A DNA stretch of 53,156 bases. It comes from Clostridia bacterium (lineage in GTDB: Bacteria; Bacillota; Clostridia; Oscillospirales; Acutalibacteraceae). Made by a program: the position numbers and the translations under genes. The notes beneath the pieces were generated by a model. That model searched no databases. It saw only the letters and a program-made list of their open reading frames with translations, and was not told where the DNA came from. Positions 1 through 8,000 of this stretch are shown in pieces (the stretch's first letter is position 1; each line of letters starts with the position of its first letter). Where the stretch lies: the NCBI GenBank assembly GCA_017427315.1, contig JAFRTA010000267.1, forward strand, positions 1-53,156, read 5' to 3'.

Positions 1-105
1 GTGTTGGATGTTGGGTGTTGGATGCTGGGTGCTGGGTGCTGGGTGTTGGGTGCTGGGTGTTGGATGTTGGGTGTTAGGTATAAGGTGTAAGGTATAAGGT
101 GTAAG
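1..105. repeat. Tandem heptanucleotide tract, 15 units, truncated by the window edge
   Basis: Read in register from nt 1: GTGTTGG ATGTTGG GTGTTGG ATGCTGG GTGCTGG GTGCTGG GTGTTGG GTGCTGG GTGTTGG ATGTTGG GTGTTAG, then GTATAAG GTGTAAG GTATAAG GTGTAAG. The 7-nt period is strict and the tract is non-coding. Confidence 0.9.
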
Positions 106-125
106 ATTATCGTTCCCGGTTTACA

Positions 126-146
126 TTTCACTTTTCACTGTTCACT
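126..146. repeat. Three tandem heptamers TTTCACT TTTCACT GTTCACT
   Basis: Direct reading; the tract abuts the stop codon (146-148) of the minus-strand ORF. Confidence 0.6.
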
Positions 147-1174
147 TATCCCTCTACTACGAACGCTTTCTCGAGCGGTTCGCCGTTTTTCCGCAGCAGA
201 GCGAGCTTGATGACGAGCTTTGCCGCAAGATAGGTGCCGTCGTCAAGCGCGGGAGAGGTGACGTTCGCCGCCTGCGGAACGGCGACGTCGTTGAGGATCG
301 CGGATGCGGGATATTCGTTGCCCTGCGGGTCGCGGACGCGGGATGAAAGCGCCTCGCGGTCGAATATAATATGCAGGTCCGGCGCGCCGGATTCGATATC
401 CGCGCCGAGCACCTTCAGAATATGTACGCCGAAGAAACCGCCCGCGCCGTTCCCTGCGTCGACGGTGATGCGAAGCCCTTTGAGCGGGTGGCGGTAATCC
501 TCCGCGCGGACCGCGTCGCGGATCATTTCACGCAGATTATGGCAGTAAAGGGACATATAATCCTCGGATTCGAGCGCGCCGCGCTCACAGTAGGGCGATG
601 CGTCGAACGTTTCGGCGAAACGGAGAATCCAGGCGATTTCATTCTCGCCGAGCGACCCGTCGCGGGTGAAAAACCGGAAGCCGTTCATTTCCTCGGGCGC
701 TTCCCCCGCGGTGATGCAGACCGCGCCGTCGCAGTAATCGTTGACCGTGGTCATAAAAATCGCGGGCGTCGAGCAAAAATCGCAGTCGGACACCGTGATC
801 CCCTGGGAAAGAAGCTGGTTGACGACCGCCTTTTTGATGCCCCGGGAAGAAGCCCGGTTGTCGCGGCCGACGGAAATTCTCAAGCGGGCGAACGCAATGC
901 CGGTCTTTTCCGACAAAAACTCGGTGAACCCGGCGATGATGCCGGTCACGTTGTCGAGCGTGAGAATATTGTTTTCTCCTTCCGCCGGACCGATTACGGC
1001 GGAGCCCGTCTGCAGATGCGTCAAAGTCATGAAATCGTACCCATCCTTATCGTAAAATATTGTTTCCCGCTGCCGGACCGCACCGAAAAACCGGGCGGAA
1101 GACGCCGGCGGGCCGCCTGTCCCCAGGCCGTCCCCGGCGCGGGAACGCTTTTTCTGAAATCGTACAAAAAACAC
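146..1174 (-). CDS. Degenerate alpha-D-phosphohexomutase (PGM/PMM-like) protein, either a pseudoenzyme or a decaying gene; the start may be Met49 (nt 1030)
   Basis: Family-like blocks are present: ISVGRDNRASS, STPAIFMTT, NGFRFFTRDG, VDAGNGAGGFF, DDGTYLAAKLVIK. The catalytic loop reads ITAGEAP instead of T-A-S-H-x-P. The metal loop reads FDREALSS instead of DxDxDR. The protein is only 342 aa and lacks the C-terminal domain. Confidence 0.6.
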   Translation of the reverse strand: MFFVRFQKKRSRAGDGLGTGGPPASSARFFGAVRQRETIFYDKDGYDFMTLTHLQTGSAVIGPAEGENNILTLDNVTGIIAGFTEFLSEKTGIAFARLRISVGRDNRASSRGIKKAVVNQLLSQGITVSDCDFCSTPAIFMTTVNDYCDGAVCITAGEAPEEMNGFRFFTRDGSLGENEIAWILRFAETFDASPYCERGALESEDYMSLYCHNLREMIRDAVRAEDYRHPLKGLRITVDAGNGAGGFFGVHILKVLGADIESGAPDLHIIFDREALSSRVRDPQGNEYPASAILNDVAVPQAANVTSPALDDGTYLAAKLVIKLALLRKNGEPLEKAFVVEG

Positions 1175-1295
1175 CGTTTTTTATCTTTTTTTGCATGGAA
1201 CGGAAATCAACGAAAAGAAAAATATAATTTCAATATCGAATTAAAAACGGCTGTTTTTGTTGAAAACTCTGTTGAAAATGTTTATAACTATCGGT

Positions 1296-1322
1296 AAAAC
1301 CCGCAATATTGCGGGAATTTTT
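1296..1322. terminator. Bidirectional hairpin terminator downstream of 1432..2865
   Basis: Perfect 16-nt palindrome CCCGCAATATTGCGGG (1300-1315), flanked by AAAA on the left and AATTTTT on the right. Confidence 0.6.
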
Positions 1323-1431
1323 CCATTTTTTTCAAATGTTCATAACTTTTTTAAGAAAGGATTTTTTGCGTAAAACGAGGGGAAAACGAGGGGAAAAAGA
1401 GGGTCTTCCGGAAACGGGGATTTTCTGTTTA

Positions 1432-2865
1432 TTACACGCCTCTGTCCGAAATCAGTTCTATACGCGACGCGTGTCGTAAAATAATCCGCGCGTCCGCCGT
1501 CGTGATGCGGCCGTCGCCGTTTACGTCGCCCGCGGAAACCTGTTCGTCGGTAAAAACGATAATACGGGCGGCGCAGCGCAGCGCGAGACGCGCGTCGACG
1601 GAGTTGACCTTGCCGTCTTTATTCACGTCGCCCGGGGCGGCGTCCGATACGATGTTCACGGTGAACGAGGCGGAAAGCTCGCCGCAGTAGACGTTGACCG
1701 TCTGCGCGCCGAAAACGGAGGTGTCGATTTGGTCGACGGCGTAATCCTCCGTCTGCTCCTTCCTGCCGCTGTTGTATATTTTGTAGACGCGCAGGCCGAG
1801 AAGCGCGTCTTCGTTCAGCTCGGAACCGATCGGGAAGCGTGTGACCGGCGGCGGGTCGAGCTCCAGCCGCACGGGTTCTTCTTTTAAGACGTCCACGTGA
1901 TATTCGGTCATAAAATGAGAATAATAAACGAGGATCGTATTTTTATATTCCGTTGAGATCGGCTGACGGAATTCCGCTCTGTCCGGACGGACGAGGGCGC
2001 TTTTGCCGTTGTCGTAATCGACGGTCAGCTCGATGCCGGTCAGATCGGGCGCAAGATCGTTTTCATAATAGACGGTCTTGTCGGGGATGCGCGTCAGGCG
2101 CAGGTTGATCTCTTTTTTCGGCACGACCTCGATCTCGAACGAGGCGGTGATATCTTCGTATTTATAGGTGACGGTGACGGTTTGCCTGCCGACGGTCAGC
2201 GGGTCGATGCCGCTTAAGGTGAAACCCGTGACGGGAGCGGGCTCTCTGCCGTCGGAATAGTGTGCGGTTACGGCGAGGCCGGTATAGTCATACGTATCGG
2301 AATCCTCGATCAGCGTGAGGACGGCGGGGAGAGAAGTGATTTCGATATGATCGATCGGCAGGCGGAGAACCTCGATCTGAAAATGCGCGGTCTTGCCGCC
2401 CCAGGAAAGATACACCTGTTTTTTCCCGACGGAATGCATATCCGGCGCGGAAACGGTGAAGCCCGCGGCGGGGACCCGCGTGCCGTCGTTGTATACGGCG
2501 GTGACCGTGAGGCCGTCGGAAAGAAACGCCTCGTCCTCGTAATATACGGTTTTTTCCGGAAGGGACTCGATCAGAAGGCCCCAAAGCCCGTTTCCCTCCG
2601 CCGGGGAAAGGTCCGCGAGCGAGACCCAGCCGACGTACCCGTCGAAGGAGGTTTTGATGAAGCCCGCGCTCTGTTCATACGCGGCGAGGACCGTGCCCCG
2701 GCGCACGAGCGTGAGCTTTGCGGACGCATCGGAGGCGAGATAATAGAGCCAGGCGCCGTCTTCGGCGGCGACGATATAATTCTCCTCCGCCGCAAGGGAC
2801 TGCGGGACGAAGCAGAAGAACAAAATCAGCGCCGCGAGAAACACGGAAACAGGCCGGATTTTCAT
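1432..2865 (-). CDS. Secreted dockerin-containing protein with an SH3-like domain and Big/Ig-like repeats
   Basis: Signal peptide MKIRPVSVFLAALILFFCFVPQSLAA. SH3b-like GYVGWVSLADL. Repeated ~75-aa units (VTAxYxDG...TGFT.S....VG.Q.V.V.Y). C-terminal pair GDVNKDGKVNSVDARLALRCAA / GDVNGDGRITTADARIILRHAS, a type-I dockerin signature. RBS GGAGGGGAG. Confidence 0.85.
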   Translation of the reverse strand: MKIRPVSVFLAALILFFCFVPQSLAAEENYIVAAEDGAWLYYLASDASAKLTLVRRGTVLAAYEQSAGFIKTSFDGYVGWVSLADLSPAEGNGLWGLLIESLPEKTVYYEDEAFLSDGLTVTAVYNDGTRVPAAGFTVSAPDMHSVGKKQVYLSWGGKTAHFQIEVLRLPIDHIEITSLPAVLTLIEDSDTYDYTGLAVTAHYSDGREPAPVTGFTLSGIDPLTVGRQTVTVTYKYEDITASFEIEVVPKKEINLRLTRIPDKTVYYENDLAPDLTGIELTVDYDNGKSALVRPDRAEFRQPISTEYKNTILVYYSHFMTEYHVDVLKEEPVRLELDPPPVTRFPIGSELNEDALLGLRVYKIYNSGRKEQTEDYAVDQIDTSVFGAQTVNVYCGELSASFTVNIVSDAAPGDVNKDGKVNSVDARLALRCAARIIVFTDEQVSAGDVNGDGRITTADARIILRHASRIELISDRGV

Positions 2866-3021
2866 TTTTCTCCCCTCCCGCGGGATAAATCCCCTTTTAA
2901 CTTATTATATATTTAAAAACCGTTTCTGTCAAATGGAAAATGTATTGACGAAGAAAAGAATATGATGTAAAATAATTGAAAATCGCGTGAAAACCGCAAA
3001 AGAAACCGTGATGGGTGCCGT

Positions 3022-4884
3022 ATGCAGTTTTTTGTTCCCTTCGATTCGAGAAATACCGTCTTCAAAGACCCCTTCGGCAGCGTCGCCGCAGGGGAAAATA
3101 TTCATTTTTCGGTGAATATGCCGCGCACGACGGGCTGCACGGGGGTAACGCTGATCCTGCAGGAAGACGGCGGCAAGGAGACGTATTACCGGCTTTACTG
3201 GCGCTCGACGGACGATATCACCGAATGGTGGGAATGCGACGTCCGGCCCGAAAAAGCAGGGCTTTTCTGGTACTGTTTCGAGTATACGGTCCCCTGGGGC
3301 ACCGGGCGCGTCTGCCGGGGCGAGGCGGGGCGCGGGTGCTTCTCCGGCTCGGAGGAGCCGTGGCAGCTCACGGTTTACGACAAAGGATTCAAGACGCCCG
3401 ATTTCATCAAAGGCGGCGTGATATATCAGATTTTTCCGGACCGGTTCTGCCGCTCGGGCGAAAAAAAAGAAAACATCCCCGCCGACAGGATCCTGAGGGA
3501 CGACGTCTCGGCGCTTCCGGAATGGAGACCCGACGAAAACGGAAGGATCCGCAATAACGACTATTTTCAGGGGGACCTTCGGGGGGTTCTGGAGAAGCTG
3601 CCGTATCTTCGGTCGCTCGGCGTCACCTGCATTTATCTGAACCCGATCTTCGAGGCGCACTCCAACCACCGGTACGATACGGCGGATTACCTGAAAATCG
3701 ACCCGCTTCTGGGAACGGAGGCGGACGCGCGCGCGCTGTGCGCGGAGGCGGCGGAATACGGGATCGCCGTGATTTTCGACGGCGTGTTCAGCCATACCGG
3801 CGCGGACAGTATCTATTTCAACAAATACGGGCGTTACGGCGCGGGCGGCGCGTATAACGACCCGGAAAGCCCCTATCGCGAATGGTACAAATTCGGCGAA
3901 ACGAGGGACGAATACGACGCCTGGTGGGGCATCGACACCCTGCCGGAGGTGAACGAAAAGGAGCCGTCGTATCTTGAATTCATCACCGGCAACGGCGGCG
4001 TCGTCGACAAATGGTTGCGTCTCGGTTTTTCCGGCGTGCGGCTCGACGTGGCAGACGAGCTGCCCGACGAATTCCTCGACCGGGTGCGGATCGCGGTGAA
4101 GCGGCGCGGCGATAAATATCTGCTGGGCGAGGTCTGGGAGGACGCGACGAATAAGATCTCCTGGGGAGCAAGACGGCGGTACCTGCTGGGCGGACAGCTT
4201 GACTCGGTGATGAATTACCCCTTCCGGGAGGCGATCGTCACCTTTGTTCTGAACGCCGATTCCGCGGGCTTTATGAACAGCGTTCTCGAAATCGTCGAAA
4301 ACTATCCCCCGCCCGCGATGCACGCGGCGATGAACCACCTCGGAACGCACGACACAACCCGGATCCTGACCGTGCTCTCGGGCGTGCAGACAAAAGGCCT
4401 CGACCGCGACCGTCAGGCGGAGATCGTGCTCACGGCGGAGCAGCGGGCGCTCGCGAAGCGGCGGCTGAAGGCGGCGGCGGGCCTGCAGTATACCCTGCCC
4501 GGCGTGCCGAGCCTGTATTACGGCGACGAGGCGGGGCTCGAGGGCTGCGGCGACCCCTTTAACCGGCGGTTTTTCCCGTGGGACGGCGCGGACGCCGACC
4601 TGACGGCGTATTTCGCGGAATTGGGGCGGATGCGGGCAAAATACGACGTGTTCCGCGAGGGACGGTTCATTCCCCTTTCGGATATGCTGGCATGCGCCGC
4701 GTTCCTGCGGAGGGACGGGGACAATGCCGTCGTCGTGATCTCGAATATGAACGCGCACGAGATCGATTACACGGTGTATTATCCCCACGCCGACCTGATC
4801 CCCGTCGTCGACTGCGAAAAAACGGAGAACGGAGACCTGCGCGTGCCCGGCGTCGCCACCGCCGTTGCGGAAGTGATTTTTTGA
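3022..4884 (+). CDS. Glycoside hydrolase family 13 enzyme (neopullulanase / cyclomaltodextrinase / maltogenic amylase type)
   Basis: GH13 conserved regions: YQIFPDRF, DGVFSHTG, GVRLDVADELP, LLGEVWED, NHLGTHDT. An N-terminal E-set-like extension is present. Confidence 0.9.
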   Translation: MQFFVPFDSRNTVFKDPFGSVAAGENIHFSVNMPRTTGCTGVTLILQEDGGKETYYRLYWRSTDDITEWWECDVRPEKAGLFWYCFEYTVPWGTGRVCRGEAGRGCFSGSEEPWQLTVYDKGFKTPDFIKGGVIYQIFPDRFCRSGEKKENIPADRILRDDVSALPEWRPDENGRIRNNDYFQGDLRGVLEKLPYLRSLGVTCIYLNPIFEAHSNHRYDTADYLKIDPLLGTEADARALCAEAAEYGIAVIFDGVFSHTGADSIYFNKYGRYGAGGAYNDPESPYREWYKFGETRDEYDAWWGIDTLPEVNEKEPSYLEFITGNGGVVDKWLRLGFSGVRLDVADELPDEFLDRVRIAVKRRGDKYLLGEVWEDATNKISWGARRRYLLGGQLDSVMNYPFREAIVTFVLNADSAGFMNSVLEIVENYPPPAMHAAMNHLGTHDTTRILTVLSGVQTKGLDRDRQAEIVLTAEQRALAKRRLKAAAGLQYTLPGVPSLYYGDEAGLEGCGDPFNRRFFPWDGADADLTAYFAELGRMRAKYDVFREGRFIPLSDMLACAAFLRRDGDNAVVVISNMNAHEIDYTVYYPHADLIPVVDCEKTENGDLRVPGVATAVAEVIF

Positions 4885-4907
4885 TAGAGTGAAGAAATAT
4901 TGTAAAT

Positions 4908-4951
4908 AAACGACACGCCGGAGCTGCTTCGGCAGCTCCGGTGTGTCGTTT
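4908..4951 (-). terminator. Long hairpin between convergent genes, probably the terminator of the giant gene
   Basis: 20-bp stem AAACGACACGCCGGAGCTGC / GCAGCTCCGGTGTGTCGTTT (one G-T pair) with loop TTCG. On the minus strand it runs into TTTATTT. Confidence 0.6.
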
Positions 4952-4955
4952 GCTT

Positions 4956-4994
4956 ACGCGTCCGGGAAAGAATATTACCCGGACGCGTTTTATT
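4956..4994 (+). terminator. Rho-independent terminator for the GH13 gene
   Basis: 11-bp stem ACGCGTCCGGG / CCCGGACGCGT followed by TTTTATT. Confidence 0.7.
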
Positions 4995-5059
4995 CGGGTT
5001 ATTCGGCAATGACGATCACGTCAAGCTTTGCCGCGGCGCAATAATCGGTTGACTGAAGA

Positions 5060-8000
5060 TTATTTTTTTCCGAACAGGTGGGAGAAGAAATAAAGGATTG
5101 AATGGAACAAGGAAATGATTCTGCCGAAGACTCCGGTGTGGACTTTTCCGCAATACTTGCACACGCCTGTCTGAGCGTCGCCGCCGTCGGTCATATCAGC
5201 GCCGCAAACGTCGCATACGCCGTCGTTATCCCCGTCGGTATGCGCAGTTTTCGCGATCGTTCTTGTCTCGATATGAGACGCGTCGTTCGCGCAAACGCGC
5301 TGTTCCGTCCCGGTTTCCATACAAGACGCGGCTTTCGTTACCGTCCACGCGCCGAAGGAATGTCCGGTGGCGGGGACGGATTCGCCTTTTTTCAAAAGCG
5401 TTCCGCAGCCCTTGCAACAGGTATCTCCGGTATACCCCGCGGATACGCATGCCGCGGCTTTTTTATTTTTGACCGTCGTTCCGCCGGTGTGGTTGTTTGC
5501 GTCTTTGCCGACCGTTTCGGTCTTCGCCGCGCCGCACTCCGTGCAGGTAAAGGTTTTTACGCCCTCTTCCCTGCAGGTCGCGGCTTTGGTTATCACGCCG
5601 GAATCCCAGACGTGGCCGGGAGCGGGGACGGATCTTTCGTCCGTCGTCGCGTCGCAGCGCGAGCAGTGGCGAGATTCCGTTCCGTCTTTCTCGCATTCCG
5701 CAGCAGAGTCGACCGTCCACTCGTCGGAGAAATCGTGACCGAGCGCGTCGACCGGTTCGGTTTTTGTTTCACCGCAGTCCGCGCAGGTGAAGGTCATAAC
5801 GCCGTTATCGGTACAGGTCGGATCTTTTGTAACGGCGCCGGAATTCCAGGCGTGGTCTGTCTTAGGGATGGCTTCGCCGGGCGTCAAAACCGTTTTGCAG
5901 TCTGCGCAGATTGTGTCGCCGGAATAGCCTTCTTCTGTACAAGTCGCAGTTTTTGAATTAATGACCGCAGTTTCGCCTGTGTGATTATTCGGATTGACCG
6001 ATTCGACTTCTGTGCGCTCCTTTTCACAAATCGTACAGGTAAACAGACGAGTTCCCGATGTTATGCATGTCGGCTCTTTCGTGATCTCCCCATCGTCCCA
6101 AATACACTCTTCACACTCAAGACAATGGAGCGTTGCATCGGTAAAAGGCGTGTTCCCCGTTTCAATGGTAATATTCTTCCAATACTTGTAGAATCTGCCG
6201 TAATAGACGTCAGAAAGCGCAGGATCCTTATAGAAAGCGTATTTTGCGACAGAATTCAATTCACTTTCCGTTTCGATGTTTATCGTTTTCAACCCGCTCA
6301 TTCCGGCGAACAGTCCGGAAGGTAATGATTTTACATTTCGACTGATATTAACGGTTTCAATGTTTGAATCGTTATAGAAAACCGCACGCGAGGGTACCAG
6401 AATGGACGGGAGAAAAGAAGTGGTTATGCCCGTAGCGGCATCTGTTGCATTGTAATTAATAACTGTAAGATTGTAACATTTTTCAAAGCTGTTACGTTCA
6501 ATCCTCGTTATGCCTTCCGAAATAGTAAGCACGGAAATGTCGTTATCGCTGAAAGCGTAGCTTCTGATGATCTCCAAAGAATCAGGCAATGTCAACTCGG
6601 TCAGTCCGACGTTCGCAAACGCATAGCTTTCAATTTCTCTGACACTATCAGGCAACACGATTTCCTTGTTTTTATGGGCAATCGGACACCTGATAACCTT
6701 TGTCCCGTCGATCGAGCAAAGAATACCGTCGGTAGAAACAAAGTTTTCATTGTCTTCAACCACATGAATATCTGTCAGTGAAGTCGCGTTGTCAAACGCG
6801 TTTGTGGCGACAGATTCCAGTCCCGACGGCAGCGTGATGGTCGTTACGTTCTCCGATATCACATTTGCGCCGAGTGAGCTTACCGTATAGTCGTCCCATG
6901 TCGCCGGAATAACAAGCTCTGTCTCGTTCCCGTTGTACTTGTCTATACGTATCTTGTTGTCATCGAGAATACTGTAAGACCATTCCTCCTCGTCGGGTGT
7001 ATCTACGGTAAAGAAGTCAAAGTTGTCACCTGTGGAATACTCATCTTTTGCCGCCGCGATCTCAACGCAAACCGCGTCGCCGTAATCAAAGTTGCCGTTG
7101 ATTGAGTCCGAGTTGAGATAGAACGTTTTTTCACCGAAAGCGGGAATATCAAGCACTGTATACTCTATGACTGCTTCACCGTCATAGCAGTCCTTATGAA
7201 GCCGTATTTTAGCGTTTGTAGCGATACATGAGTTGTTTGTGATTGTTACAACAGCCGACGTCAGACCGCCAGATGAAAGCTTTTCAAGAGTCAGGGAGAG
7301 ATCGGTATAACCGATCTGAGCCGTCTGCTCGTTGTTGTCGGAGTTCGCGTCCGCGTCCGTCGTCGCGGTAAACCGAACGTCTGTTATGCCGCTAAGAGTT
7401 TCAGGTACGATCAACTGATATTCTACAGTATCCGTTTGACCGGGCTTCAGCTCGACTGAAACCGTTTCGGATTGCTCCACGCCCATGCAGGCTGAAGTAA
7501 TATTGATTCCGTCAATCGTAGTTAACCCGTTGTTTTTTACGTAAAGAGTTACCGGCAGAACTTCACCCTGCGCAACAGAGTTATTGTCAAAGTCTGCGGC
7601 GATCAGTTCAACGTCCGTTGTTCTTTCATATGCAGTCGCGTACATATCGACGGTTTCGGTAAATGTTCCCGTCGCGCTGCCGTCGCCGTTATCCTCGGTG
7701 ATTTCGGTTTCATACTGCGCTGTCGTATAAACAAGCTTGATGCCGCCGTCCGCGTTTTTACAAGCCGAAAATGATTTTAAATCATCTGAACAATCGGTGA
7801 TCTGAGCGTCGCCGACCCAGGCTTCGCCGTCCCAGACGCCTGCGTAAAGATTCGCTTTTCCCGAGTCTTCCGCGTTTGCTCTGACAAGCAGAACGGCGCC
7901 TTCTCCGTCGTTGACAAATACATAATCCGCAGAGACTTTCATACCGTCTTCAAGGCTGATAACCGTCTCGTTTTCCAAATCATATGTATAGTGGATCCCG

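Noticed and set aside
1-105. CRISPR array or coding repeat as the explanation for the tandem tract
   Set aside because: The units are 7 nt with no spacers. No cas genes are in the window. The 7-nt period is not a multiple of 3 and every frame is low-complexity.
2929-4788. 619-aa ORF antisense to the GH13 gene. Similar long shadow ORFs: 15091..17469, 16334..17263, 18985..20355, 13663..14712, 38478..39524, 39266..40324, 40734..41708, 42742..43866, 44146..45373, 46774..47833, 48323..49375, 48804..50138, 49981..52410
   Set aside because: They lie antisense or out of frame to genes with clear family signatures. Their products are Arg/Ala/Gly/Pro-rich low-complexity strings. Long stop-free frames are expected in GC-rich coding DNA.
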